A stretch of DNA of 64,000 nt. Origin: Heterodontus francisci (lineage: Eukaryota). Positions 26,548 to 38,959 of this stretch are shown in pieces. The translations under genes and the position numbers were made by a program. Position 1 is the first letter of the stretch; the number at the start of each line of letters is the position of its first letter. The DNA is taken from NCBI RefSeq assembly GCF_036365525.1, contig NC_090373.1, positions 40,649,590-40,713,589 of the forward strand, read 5' to 3'. Under the pieces are notes generated by a model. It saw only the letters and a list, made by a program, of their open reading frames with translations. It was not told where the DNA came from and ran no database searches.

Positions 26548-28450
26548 GGCTCAGATTTTGCAGTAGTGACTCGAGCGAAATTGTCAGTGTTCGCTGTCAT
26601 TACTCACTTGAAACTGCCAGCAGCTTCTGGGGCCAGAGTTTTAAAGGCCATTGGGGCTGGGAGCGGATGCACGTGTGATTCTCAGAGGTCAGCACCAGGT
26701 CCCACCTCCTCCAGAACACGAAGACATTTTTGAAGGGACGCCAGGAGAGAGGGAATGGCAACACTGCATGCCTCCAATTAATTGCCTGTTGAGCTCATTG
26801 TGGAGCTCATTCACATGCTTGTCAGCAGCAGTTTGTGATTTTCGATGGAACAACTCATGGAAAACAGCTTGTCTGGATCACAGCAGGGTTTAGAAGACAT
26901 GAACAATGCGGAGGGCCATGAGGGCTATGGAAAAGGCCATGCAGGAGCCCAAAATGAAGCTCAGCTGCTCCAAAGGTGCCACAGAGTGGCCACTGCTGCA
27001 GCTGCAGACTTGTTTTTCTTAGTGGTGAGTGGCAGGAATCTGGAGCGAGGCATGAGCCAGGTGGCATTACTGTTGCAGCTGGGGTTGGCAGGGGAAGGCT
27101 TGGTGAATGCACAAAGCCCAGTTGAGGGAGTTCATATGGGAACAGGTTCCTCTGACATTGAACAGAGCACCAGGATGAGCTTCAGCAGATCCAGGACAGC
27201 AGGAGGCCAGAGAAGCACAGCAGGGGATTGCAAGGGAGAAGGCACTACCCAAGACATTGGATCTACAGCCCAAGAGTCAGCTACCTGCAAATGACAGAGC
27301 ACCAGTGCCGTAAGAGACTGCACCTATCCAGGCAGATGATTGCCGGCATTTGTGCTCTGATCCACAATGACCTGAGGCCTCGTGGGCCTCAAGGCAGTCC
27401 CTTACCTGCAGCTGTCAAGGTCACCATCGCCCTGAATTTCTATGCAGCTGGGTGGTTCTAGGGATCAGCTGCGAATCTAGGTGGCATCTCGCAATCGGCA
27501 GCTCATCATGCCAGCAGGAAGGTCACAGATGCCATACTCAGGAGGTTGGGGGTTGCATCCACTTTGACACAGATGGGCCTGCCTGGGCACAGAGGGTATT
27601 GGATTTTGCTTCTATCGCTGGATTCCCCCAGGTGCAGGGTATCATCACTTGCTCCCATGTAGCCATCAAGGCAGCCAGTGACCAGCCAGTGAGGTCCATT
27701 AGCAAGAAGGGCTTCCACTCCCTCAACGTCTAACTGGTCTGTGACCACAAGAGCTTCCTCCATGTGTGTGCTCGCATTCCTGGCAGCTGACATGATTCCT
27801 TCATCTTCCGCCAGTCCAGGCTAACTTGGCTCTTCACTCCATCCCTCAAAGTGTATGGATGGATCCAGGGGGGACAAGGGAAGTCCCTTGAGATGGTTAC
27901 CGACCCCTCTATGGGAGCCCCAGACAGAGGCACAGAGGCAAAGCAACTAATGCCACCTGCTCAGCAGGACAGCCATTCAGCAGGCCTTCGGGTTTCTGAA
28001 GATGTGCTTTTGGTGTCTGGACCAATATCCTCCTGCAAGGGTCTCAGTCATTACAGTGGTCCATTGTGCTGGCAATAACATGGCCCTCCAGAGAAGTGTG
28101 GACCTTGATGACAATGAGACCCTGGAAGGAGACAGTTCATTGGTGGAGGAGCAGGAGCCGGAGGTAAGAGGAGAAGGAAGAGGAGGCAGAAGGGGGTAAC
28201 ACTGAACAGAGAGGTGCCCCTGCTGCAGGACGAGGTGGCCTCCTCCTGCTGCCCTCTGAAAAGAGGACCTTCCTCCTCTCCCTCACAGCCTCTAGCATTA
28301 GATCACAGGTCGGCATCGATGAAGCGAGGGGCTGCCCTGCCCCTAGTGTCAGACTCCAGCTCCCCTGTGACATCTCATTTCCCTCTGGTGCAGTGGAAGG
28401 TTCTGGAACAAAGCGCAGATCTCTCCCTCAGGACAACCAGCATCAGGCTG
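26548..28450 (+). mobile_element. Decayed two-gene Harbinger: HARBI1-like DDE transposase (+, ~27291-28150) and Myb/SANT-like ORF (-, ~28220-28350)
   Basis: MTEHQCRKRLHLS, VKVTIALNFYAAG, AGFPQVQGIITCSHVAIK, KKGFHSLNV*LVCD and PGS*HDSFIFRQS motifs. The opposite strand reads AAPRFIDADL..MLEAVRERRKVLF. Confidence 0.87.
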
Positions 28451-28519
28451 TTTGGTATGAATTGTTGCCCTTATTTTGTTTTGGATGTTATGCACATTGC
28501 TGTTTAAGTAACACGAACA

Positions 28520-28878
28520 TAGTGGTTATTTTACTGTATTAGTAACTTAGAAGACTGAACTAATAATCTGCAGACATGAGATCAAATCCTACCACAGCAG
28601 CTGGGGAATTTAAATTCGGTTAATGAAATAAATCTGGAATAAAAAGCTAGTATCAGCAATGATGACCCTGAAACTAGCAGATTGTTGTAAAAATCCATCT
28701 GGTTCACTAATGCCCTTTGGGGAATAAAATCTGTCGTCCTTACCCAATCTAGCCTACTTGGGATTCCAGATCAACAGCAATGCGGTTAACTTTTAACTGC
28801 CTTCTGAAAGGGCCTAACAAGCCACTCAGTTGTATTGCAAATGTAATTAGGGATGGGCAATAAATGCTAACCTTAGCA
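28520..28878 (+). mobile_element. tRNA-derived SINE with LINE-derived tail
   Basis: A/B-box-like head, core GTAAAAATCCATCTGGTTCACTAATGCCC and tail GGGATGGGCAATAAATGCT. Confidence 0.75.
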
Positions 28879-29059
28879 TAGTTATGTTCTACAACTGTGT
28901 CTGTTCCCTGACAGATTGTGTTACCCTTATTCTGTACCTTAGTCTGGGCTTTATTCCCTTCGCCTATTTCTTTTACCTTCCGGTTTATGCCATTTTTGCC
29001 AGATCCCCCACCACCCCGTTTTAATAGATTGAAGTGTTATTCACGGCCCTACTTCTCGT

Positions 29060-29245
29060 TTCCCATTCTGGTTTAGGTAGACCCTGTCCCAGCAGTACAG
29101 CTCCTTCCTGTCCAAGTACTGGTGCCAGTTTCCCATGAAATGGAATCCTTCCTTCCCACATTGATCTTTCAGCCATGCATTCACCTTCCTGGTCTGTCTA
29201 CTTCTATGCCAATTAGCCTGTGGTAATCCTGAGATTACTACCTGA
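29060..29245 (-). mobile_element. CR1 ORF1 esterase C-terminal remnant
   Basis: Translates VNAWLKDQCGKEGFHFMGNWHQYLDRKELYCWDRVYLNQNG (degenerate DGxHLN motif). Confidence 0.65.
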
Positions 29246-29960
29246 GCGGTGTGTTAGGTTGAATTGAGAGAAGTAAACAATGCTGAGCTGAACTGAAAGG
29301 GGAAGTGGGAAAGGAACTGCCAATATAAACTTGAGGGATTAGCAAAATGAGGATGTCTCTGAAATAAGGTGTGAGGCAAATTGCATGCAATATATCTCTG
29401 AACTGGAGCAAGCGAGGGAGCTGGATGTTGAAGAGTGATGTTAAAGTAAATTTTTGGGGAACTGATGGTCCTGTTTATCTGTCAAAAACTGAAATGCCAT
29501 ATGATTTTACATTATAAAATTGCTTCAAATTAACCAGGCGATATCATGTAAAATTTAATATTTTGGGGGGAGGTATTCACTGTGGACCCATTGAAATGCA
29601 CTGCCAAATTTCCATCTTCAACATTTGCATTTCCTCTTCAGGTTTTCACTTTCTTATGCATATTTTCTCTTGAATACAACTGAAGAAATGTTGGGCATCC
29701 CTACAGATTAAGTTGCAAATCCCATCTAACCTCTTGCTTTCACAAAATGTATTGTGGGCAAACATCACATGACAGAGGAAGATATCAAAGGCTTTTGTCA
29801 AAGAGTACAGTCCACTTGATATAACTTGGTGTTGTTTGAATTTCAAAGGCCAAGTACCTTTGCATACCATTGTGGGGGGGGGCGGGGGCGGGATCACCGG
29901 TTCCAGCAACATTGCTAAAACTTTGAATCTACATTCTTGATTGATCTGAACCAAACCAAA

Positions 29961-30186
29961 CTCCGGTTTCCTCCCACATGCCAAAAGACTTGCAGGTTGA
30001 TAGGTAAATTGGCCATTATAAATTGCCCCTAGTATAGGTAGGTGGTAGGGAAATATAGGGTCAGGTGGGGATGTGGTAGGAATATGGGATTAGTGTAGGA
30101 TTAGTATAAATGGGTGGTTGATGGTCGGCACAGACTCGGTGGGCCGAAGGGCCTGTTTCAGTGCTGTATCTCTAAACTAAACTGAA
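29961..30186 (+). mobile_element. 5'-truncated V-SINE (HE1-like)
   Basis: Matches the 3' two-thirds of 33040-33395, with a (CTAAA)n tail. Confidence 0.9.
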
Positions 30187-30989
30187 ACCTTCTCTGAAAA
30201 TTCATCTCAAATAGCCACCATACTTCAGAAAAAAATTTGTCTTTCAAATCTTGCTTGATGTTTGAGTTTGTACTATGACTTGCACCCCTACTCTTGTTGT
30301 ACAAATTAGACAGCATGCATAATTCAACCTTATCTGCACTTTTCATTATTTTAAAGATCCTCAGTCCTTTTCTAAAGAAAGTAAGTTTAGTCACTTGTGT
30401 ATTTCCCTATAACTTTTTCACATCGGGCATGAATCATCCTAGTCATTTTTCTCTGAATTATTTTCAATACATCTAATGTCTATACATAGTATCTAAATAA
30501 TATAAATGACAATATCTAATAAAAGATATATAGCGATACAATAATATCTAATATTTATATGTAAAGTGTTAGCTATGGCTCAGTCAGTAGCATTCTCACC
30601 TCTGAGTTAGAAGGTTGTGAGTTCAAATCACGTTCCAAGACTTGAGGACAACAATCTAGGCTGACACTCCAATGCAGTAATCCGAGAGTTTTGTTCTGAC
30701 AGAGGTGCCATCTTTCGAATAAGGTGTTAAAGAAAGGCGCCGCCTACCCTTTTAAGTGGACATAAAAGAGCCCAGGGCACTTTAAAAAAAATGTATTCCT
30801 GGGATGTGTGCATCACTGGCAAGGCTGCCATTTGTTGGCCATCCCTAATTGCCTTTGAGAAGATGGTGATGACCGTCTTCTTGAACTGCTGCAGTCCATC
30901 TGGACTATTTCAAAGGAAAAGCAGGGGATTATCCCTGATGTCCTGGCCAATATTTATTCCTCAATCGACATCACAAAATCAGTTTAGCC

Positions 30990-32690
30990 ACAACAAAGCA
31001 ACTCGTATTTATATCGCACCTTTGACATAAATAAAATGTCCCAAGGCACTTTACAGGGCCATTATAAAACAAAGTACGATACAAGTCACATAAGGAGATA
31101 TTAGGCCAAATTACCAAAATTTTGGTCCTAGAGATAAGTTTTAACGAGTGTCTTAAAGGAGGAATGTGAAGTAGAGAGGCAGAGAGGTGTTGGGAGGGTA
31201 TGCCTAGGCAGCTGAAGGCATGGCTACCAATGGTGAAGCGATTAAAATCGGGGATGCTCAAAAGGCCAGAATTAGAGGAGTGCAGATATCTCAGAGGGTT
31301 GTAGGGCTGGAGGAGATTACAGTCCTATCCAGCTCAATGACAGTGGAGAGGCAGTGGCAGAAGATGTGGTCAACCATGTCAAAGACTGAAGACAGGTTGA
31401 AAAGGACTAGGAGGGAAGGTTTAGCTTTGTCAGAGTCACATAGGATGTCTCTTGTGGCTTTGATAAGAGCTGTTCCAGTACAGTGGCGGGGCGGAAACCT
31501 GAATGGAGGGATTCAAACATGGAGTTGCAGGAAAGATAAGTGTGGATTTGGACAGAGACAACAGATTCAAGGACTTTGTAGACAAAGGCAGGTTGGAGAT
31601 GGGGCAGTAGTTTGCAGGGACGGTGAGGTCAAGGGTTGGTTTCCTGAGGACAGGAGTGATGACAGCAGACTTAAAGGAAAGAGGGACAACACCTGAAGAG
31701 AGAACCGTTAACAATATCGGCTAACATGGGGAGCAGGAGGGAAGGTTGTGTGGTCAGCAGTTTAGTGTGAATAGGGCCGAGGAAGCAGGAGATGGTTCCC
31801 ATGGACAAGATGAGCTTGTAGAGGGCACGAGGGTAGATGGGAGAGAAACAAGATAGAGAGAAAAGGATGTAAATGCGTTGGAAGCAGTTCAAAGAAGGCT
31901 TACTAAACTAATACTTGGAATGGGCAGGCTATCTTATGAGGAAAGATTGAACAGGCCAAGCTTGTATCTGCTGGAATTTAGAAGAGTAAGAGGTGACTTG
32001 ATTGAAACATATAAGATTCTGAGGGGTTTTGACAGGGTGGATGTGGAAAGGATGTTTCCCCTTGTGGGAGAATCTAGAACTAGGGGTCATTATTTAAAAA
32101 TAAGGGGTCGTCCATTTAAGATAGAGATGAGGAAAAATTATTTCTCGCAGAAGGTCGTGACTCTCTTCCTCAAAAGGCGGAGGAAGCAGAGTCTTTGAAT
32201 GTGTTTAAGGCAGAGGTAGGTAGATTCTTGATAAGCAAGAGGGTGGAAGGTTATCGGGGGTAGGTGGAAATGTGGCGAAATCAGTTCAGCCATGAACTTA
32301 TTGAATGGCAGAGCAGGCTCACGGGACTGAGTGGCCTACTTCTACTCCTAATTCGTATGTTCGTAAACTAGAGAAAGATGTGAGTTCAGGGCTCAGACAG
32401 AGGGAAGCATTAGAGGAAGTTTGGCCAGTTGGGATGAGGGAAGTGGCAGAGGCAGCTGATCCGATGGCCTCGATCTTAGTGGCAAAGAAATCCATGAACT
32501 CTTTGCTCTTATTGTTGGAGGTGAGAGTGGAGAAGACAGGGGAGAGAAGTTTAAGAAGACGGTTTGCAATAGAGAAAGGAAGCCTAGGCTTATCGTTGCA
32601 TTCCAGGATGCTCCTGGAATAATGAGCAGTTTTAAAAGGCGAAAGCAGGACTCAATAGTGCTTTATGTGGTCCAGTCTGATCTGCTAGTG
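30990..32690 (-). mobile_element. L2 LINE fragment nested in the Deu-SINE
   Basis: L2 tail at 30990 and LSSGVVPLSFKSAVITPVLRKPTLD...NYCPISNLP motif. Confidence 0.85.
31862..32365 (+). mobile_element. CR1 3' end nested in the L2 (same family as 8630-9048)
   Basis: EAVQRRLTKLILGM..LSYEERL..LEFRRVRGDLIETYKIL, with a TTCGTATGTTCGTA tail. Confidence 0.9.
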
Positions 32691-33039
32691 GATGGGCTAT
32701 TCTGGTTATTATCCCAATACTGTTTACAGGAGTTTGCTATGTGAAAATTGGCTGCCGCATTTCCTACACAACTACAGTACTACACTTCAAAGAAGTATTT
32801 TATCGTGGTGTCGAGTGGTTATGAAAGGCGCTATATAAATGAAAATCTTTCTCTTTTTTCTCAATATATCTTCTTTAATCTCAGGAAAGCCTGTTCCTAT
32901 TTGGGCAACTAACCCAGCTTTACATCTGAACGACCCAGCAAAGGATATTTAAAAATAAGGGTTTCGAAGACCTTCTACACATAAGCAGACCACATTTTCA
33001 AACAATGGGTTGAACAGGCACAAAAGCTGCAGAGAAATG

Positions 33040-33395
33040 GCGGCACAGTGGCGCAGTGGTTAGCACCGCAGTCTCACAGCTCCAGGGACCCGGGTTCAAT
33101 TCTGGGTACTGCCTGTGTGGAGTTTGCAAGTTCTCCCTGTGTCTGCGTGGGTTTCCTCCGGGTGCTCCGGTTTCCTCCCACATGCCAAAGACTTGCAGGT
33201 TGATAGGTAAATTGGCCATTAGTAATTGCCCCCAGTATAGGTAGGTGGCAGGGAAATATAGGGACAGATGGGGATGTGGTAGGAATATGGAATTAGTATA
33301 GGATTAGTATAAATGGTCGGCACAGACTCGGTGGGCCGAAGGGCCTATTTCAGTGCTGTATCTCTAAATAAAAACAAAATAAAAAAATAAATAAA
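33040..33395 (+). mobile_element. Full-length V-SINE (HE1-like)
   Basis: GGCGGCACAGTGGCGCAGTGGTTAGCACCGC head, V-domain, CR1-type tail and A-rich end. Confidence 0.93.
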
Positions 33396-33667
33396 TGTAT
33401 CCCACTGCTTAGAATTCTGCTAATTAAAGCAATCTTTGTCAAAGTACAAAGCTGGAAGAGGCACCTGTTTTTTCAGTGAGCATTTCAAAAGCATGCTAGA
33501 GAAAAAGAAACACAAAAATGTTGCAATGATTTCCCGAGAATCAGGTCAACTTGCATCCATCCAGTTCCAAATATCTTTGAGATGATATAGAGTAAAGAAT
33601 TAGAAAAGAACTGCACATATTCCACTCAAAAATATATACATGTTGTACACTGAGTATAGAAACTCAC

Positions 33668-33853
33668 GTTTACATTGTGGGGTCTTCCAATTATTACTCC
33701 ACATTCCATCTTCTCTGCAAATAGCTATTGCTTGTTGACTAGATTCCAGCAGGAAGCCTTCACTGCACTGGTAGTTGACCTTGCTGCCCATGCTATAGTC
33801 TCTGCCAAAGACTGAGCCATTTCCAGGGGTTTTTGGAATACCACAACTGATGG
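33668..33853 (-). CDS. CSMD1: Next internal exon of the same CSMD gene (Sushi/CCP domain)
   Basis: 186 nt, phase 1-1, acceptor tttttttttcag|CC and donor AAAC|gtgagt. Translates (A)ISCGIPKTPGNGSVFGRDYSMGSKVNYQCSEGFLLESSQQAIAICREDGMWSNNWKTPQCK(P). The ESSQQA motif matches recalled CSMD1 and it splices in frame to the 63276 exon (CQ-AISC). Confidence 0.9.
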
Positions 33854-35888
33854 CTGAAAAAAAAGATGCAACTTAAATTTAGTTTGAACCTGACAAAACC
33901 TCCTTATGTGTTTTTAAGGTAGTCACAGTGCTCTACTAATGAAAAGCATGCAGCAGGGGGAAGATCTAGGATTTTCTTGTTGAGCCTAGATGAGCACTCC
34001 TGCTTCATAAGGAAAGTAAAAAAAAAAAATTAAAACTTACTTGTTGGGCCCAATCTTCGCCACTGTGTTGGCCTGACTGGAAGCTCACTGTCGCTTCCCA
34101 TTCATGCCACCCAGTAGAACATTAGAACATGCTAAAGTCAAAAATGAGCCCGCCGGTTTTTGGTGGGTTTCCTGACTGCCTGCTCAAGAGAATCGGAACC
34201 AATCAGCTTTAGATCGGGGAGGTAACTTCAGCAATTTTAACTGACCACATGTCTAGCTCCCACTGATCAGAGAGGTTTAAAATCCCCTCCTAGATCTTCA
34301 ATCACTTTGTTAAAAACTATGGGTGTTAAGTATAATCCCCTAATCAACATGTTGTCAAGGTAAGAACTACCAGAATGAAATGTGACCAATGTAGACATAG
34401 AGTGCAGTCACTAGTTGGGTCATAATTCTATTGTAGTACATTTACAAATAGTTACAATATACAGGGCATTAAAATGTGTGAAAATCATAACAGTGAATTA
34501 AACTTATTTGATGCACATAAATTACAGTAAATGATAATATTAGGGTCCTCAAATATTCATGGTACAATGCATAATGTAAAACAAAACATCCCTAATACTG
34601 TGGGCCTGTTAGCCCAATTTTCAAATTTGCATGTTGAGAAATATACCTTCAAGCAATATCCAATAAAGCATTATTCTATATAAAGGCTCACTGCCTTCGG
34701 AAAAATGTGCCTGAAGAGAAACAAGAGAGAAGTTCCGTCCCTTCTTATGTCACAATATTAATGGATTTTGTCATGGATTGCAGCAGATTTTAGATCATTA
34801 TGCTGGTTATTTTTAAGCCAGCAAAGCATGTTTGGCAAGCAATTTTTTTAGTGATGGTACTGCCCTTTTAAGAAAATTCCATAATGATGTTGTTACACAA
34901 CACTACTGAACTGAGGTATACCATTGCAGAGTGAGCACAGCTGCAAGTTCTGTGTGACACTGCAGGCTGCACCTGGTTGAGCCTTGCTCTATGAAAGCAT
35001 GCGCAGGGCTTGACTTTCTCTGGCTATTCCTTAATAAGAAGAGTGAGCGAGTGGCTTCATTTATTACAAAGATTCAATAGTACGTTTATAAAAAGGCCAG
35101 CAGATTCAACAGACCACCTGGGAAATGCTTAATCTCAGTTGGACTGGATTTACACTACACTGTGAAACCTGAACGCAGTATGACAGACTCCTGGGCAGGA
35201 GCTCACACTGTGTGCCTTTAGTGTGCCTGAGAATCAGCCTCGGGACTTGAACTGCAAGTTATATTGCCACCTCAGTGTGGACACTCACCTGAAAACACTT
35301 CACACAGATATAAAAATGGGATTGTAACTGTTGTTTGAATGGTCCTTAACACATTCAGTCATAGAATGTATGAAAAGCACTTCTGTGGCCATTACACAGC
35401 TGCAGCTTTCAAAACACAATTTCACAGCGCATTCAGTACAGTCTGGGTCCAAGGTCATACTGATTCTAAAATGATGCTGTATTTAAAACATGCCAGCATT
35501 TTGAAAGCTGTAAAATTGCTTGAACAGTTTTGAAATAATCAGGAAGCGATTTGGATGAGTACGGTCAGCGATTAAATTGGATGTTAATCTAGTTCTAAAC
35601 CGAGGGGCTATAAATATAATATAGTCACTAGCATAGATACATTTAAGGGAAAGCGAGATGAACACATGAGGGAGAAAAGAACAGAAGATTATGCTGATAA
35701 CAGTAAGGTGAAGGCGGGTGGGGTGCGAGGTGCTTTGTGTACACCATAGATAAGTTGGAACGAATAGCCTGTTCCTGTGCTGTACATTCTATGTAATTTG
35801 CCAAACATGTACAAAGTGGGATAAAATAAAAACAAGAAATGCTGGAACCACTCAGCAGGTCTGGCAGCATCTGTGAAAAGAGAAGCAG

Positions 35889-35925
35889 AGTTAACGTTTC
35901 GGGTCAGTGACCCTTCTTCGGAACT
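35889..35925 (-). ncRNA. Minimal type-I hammerhead ribozyme variant in the PLE pLTR
   Basis: Reverse complement reads AGUU-CCGAAGA-A-GGGUC/GACCC-GAAAC-GUU-AACU. Confidence 0.7.
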
Positions 35926-36284
35926 GACAAATATTAGAAAAGTCACAGGTTATAAGTAGGTGAGGTGGGGGTGGGGCAAGAGATAACAAAGGAGAAGGTG
36001 CAGATTGGACCAGGCTACATAGCTGACCAAAAGGTCACGGAGCAAAGGCAAACAATATGTTAATGGTGTGTTGAAAGACAAAGCATTAGTACAGATTAGG
36101 TGTAATACACGGAATATTGAACAGCAGCAAGTGCAAACCTGAAAAAAAACAGTGGGTAAGCAAACTGAACAAACTAAGATGAAATGAAATAAATGCAAAA
36201 AAAAAGATTGTAAAAAATGTAAAAAAGAATGTAAGAAAAAAGGAAGAAAAAAATAACTAAAAATGAAAGTAAAATGGGGGGCTG

Positions 36285-37428
36285 TCATGCTCTGAAATTA
36301 TTGAACTCAATGTTCAGTCCGGCAGGCTGTAGTGTGCCTAATCGGTAGATGAGATGCTGTTCCTCGAGCTTGCGTTGATGTTCACTGGAACACTGCAGCA
36401 ATCCCAGGACAGAGATGTGAGCATGAGAGCAGGGGGGAGTGTTGAAATGGCAAGCAACCGGAAGCTCAGGGTCCTGCTTGCTCACTGAGCGGAGATGCTC
36501 CGCAAAGCGGTCACCCAGTCTGCGCTTGGTCTCCCCAATGTAGAGGAGACCACACTGTGAGCAGCGAATACAGTATACTACATTGAAAGAAGTACAAGTA
36601 AATCGCTGCTTCACCTGAAAGGAGTGTTTGGGGCCTTGGATAGTGAGGAGAGAGGAGGTAAATGGGCAGGTATTACACCTCCTGCGATTGCAGGGGAAGG
36701 TGCCATGGGATGGGGACGAGGTGGTGGGGGTAATGGAGGAGTGGACCAGGGTGTCGCGGAGGGAACGATCCCTTTGGAATGCTGACAGGGGAAGGGAGGG
36801 GAAGATGCGACTGGTAGTGACATCACGTTGGAGGTGGTGGAAATGGCGGAGGATGATCCTTTGGATATGGAGGCTGATGGGGTGAAAAGTGAGGACAAGG
36901 GGAACCCTGTCACGGTTCTGGGAGGGAGGGGAAGGGGGGAGGGTAGAGGTGCGGGGAATGGGCCGGACACGGTTGAGGGCCCTGTCAACCACAGTGGGGG
37001 GAAAATCCTCGGTTGAGGAAAAAGGAGGTCATATCAGAAGCATCGTCATGGAAGGTAGCATCATCAGAGCAGATGCGTCGGAGACGGAGAAACTGGGAGA
37101 ATGGAATGGAGTCCTTGCAGGAGGTAGGGTGTGAAGAAGTGTAGTCGAGGTAGCTGTGGGAGTCGGTGGGCTTATAATGGATATTAGTAGACAACCTATC
37201 CCCAGAGATGGAGACAGAGAAGTCGAGGAAGGGAAGGGAAGTGTCAGAGATGGACCATGTAAAGGTGAGAGAAGGGTGGAAATTGGAAGCAAAGTTGATA
37301 AAGTTTTCCAGTTCGGGGCGGGAGCAGGAAACGGCACCGATACAGTCATCAATGTACCGGAAAAAGAGTTGGGGGAGGGGGCCTGAGTAGGACTGGAACA
37401 AAGAATGCTCGACATATCCCACAAAAAG
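36285..37428 (-). pseudogene. Truncated, frameshifted PLE ORF: RT (YIDD), thumb, Cys-rich linker, GIY-YIG endonuclease
   Basis: FFRYIDDC, LPFLD, YKPTD and SSHP motifs, linker CNRRRCNTC, VVYCIRCSQCGLLYIGETKRRLGDRFAEH and GLN. One frameshift near 37000. Confidence 0.93.
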
Positions 37429-38105
37429 ATGTAGTATACTGTCTTTCAATGTAGTCTACTGTATTCGCTGCTCACAGTGTGGTCTCCTCTACATTGGGGA
37501 GACTAAGCGCAGACTGGGTGACCGCTTTGCGGAACATCTCCGCTCAGTGCGCAAGCAGGACCCTGAGCTTCCGGTTGCTTGCCATTTCAACACTCCCCCC
37601 TGCTCTCATGCTCACATCTCTGTCCTGGGATTGCTGCAGTGTTCCAGTGAACATCAACGCAAGCTCGAGGAACAGCATCTCATCTACCGATTAGGCACAC
37701 TACAGCCTGCCGGACTGAACATTGAGTTCAATAATTTCAGAGTATGACAGCCCCCCATTTTACTTTCATTTTTAGTTATTTTTTTCTTCCTTTTTTTTTA
37801 CATTCTTTTTTACATTTTTTACAATCTTTTTTTTTTGCATTTATTTCATTTCATCTTAGTTTGTTCAGTTTGCTTACCCACTGTTTTTTTTCAGGTTTGC
37901 ACTTGCTGCTGTTCAATATTCAGTGTATTAACACCTAATCTGTACTAATGCTTTGTCTTTCAACACACCATTAACATATTGTTTGCCTTTGCTCTGTGAC
38001 CTTTTGGTCAGCTATGTAGCCTGGTCCAATCTCGACCTCCTTTGTTATCTCTTGCCCCACCCCCACCTCACCTACTTATAACCTGTGACTTTTCTAATAT
38101 TTGTC

Positions 38106-38142
38106 AGTTCCGAAGAAGGGTCACTGACCCGAAACGTTAACT
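38106..38142 (+). ncRNA. Minimal type-I hammerhead ribozyme variant in the PLE pLTR
   Basis: Stem I AGUU/AACU, core CCGAAGA (U4C variant of CUGANGA) plus extra A, stem II GGGUC-ACU-GACCC, GAAA, palindromic AACGUU stem III, and putative GUU cleavage site. Confidence 0.72.
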
Positions 38143-38349
38143 CTGCTTCTCTTTTCACAGATGCTGCCAGACCTGCTGAGTGGTTCCAGCATTTCTTGTT
38201 TTTATTTCAGATTTCCAGCATCCGCAGTATTTTGCTTTTATTATGTCCAAAGTGGGGATGTTAAAGTTGAGAATGAATCATTAAAATAATTTAAAAGGTG
38301 GCATCTATGTAAAATCCATTGTCATTTGACAGCAAAATGTTGAAACATA

Positions 38350-38959
38350 GGGCAGGATTTTCACCCCGATATGGGTGTGGGAAGGGAGACGGGCAGGCAT
38401 GTAAATTCGCGCCACTAGCCAGCGCACTGATTTCCTCACATCATCCTGCCCACAATACAATTTCCTGTGGAATTTTCCAGTCAGCCTGTGGGACCGCCCC
38501 CCCGCAACATCGGGAGCAGGGCAGCTGCCTGGAGGTACCTTCCCGGTGGCACAAGCGCTTCAGGAAGACTTACAGGCCCCCGTTCATTGTGTAGCTCAGC
38601 ACAGCTGTGGCCGCAGTCTGCCCTGTGAAGGTGTCTCCCCTCCACAATGGTAGTCTGGCAGCTGTGGCCATTTTTTTACTTCAAAAGTTTTAAAAGTTGC
38701 TGAGGGGGTGTCTCAAGATGGAGGTGCCCTCTCTCTCCCTTACCTGTAACAGCAGGCTGAAGCTCCTTCCAGCAACTCCTATTGGCCCTGCAGCTTGGAG
38801 AATCCACCCACCGTCCTTCATTCAATGGTGAGTGAGCCCTCTGGCCACTAATTGGCCAATCCAGGGACAATCGATGTCAGTTGACTGCTCTCGACATGCT
38901 GTGGGGTTGGGATCTGTATTTGGCCTCGGGGTTATGACCCAAAATGCAAAATCCTACCC
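38350..38959. mobile_element. Harbinger-type MITE
   Basis: Termini GGGCAGGATTTT ... AAAATCCTACCC. Confidence 0.7.

Larger units (their letters stand above)
30570..32855 (+). mobile_element. Deu-SINE (SacSINE1-like) split by later insertions
   Basis: Head TGGCTCAGTCAGTAGC...GTTCAAATC and Deu domain GGTGCCATCTTTCG..GTTAAA..GTGGACATAAAAGA (30570-30783). It resumes at 30903-30985 and ends at 32700-32855 with an L2-type tail (GGCGCTATATAAATG). Confidence 0.78.
35821..38242. mobile_element. Penelope-like (Neptune-type) retroelement, inverted two-arm insertion
   Basis: Minus arm ~35826-37428 (RT C-half, GIY-YIG, 3'UTR) and plus arm ~37442-38242 (GIY-YIG, 3'UTR, tail). TSD ATGTACAAAGTGGG (35807-35820) / ATGTCCAAAGTGGG (38243-38256). 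Confidence 0.95.

Noticed and set aside
27291-28150. Host HARBI1 gene
   Set aside because: Multiple stops and frameshifts, and several diverged copies with transposon termini in the same window.
8630-33667. Expected next CSMD1 Sushi exon (PVxCP...SCxPGYY...CQANGTW)
   Set aside because: No matching reading frame was found by eye in the non-repeat segments, so it probably lies left of the window.
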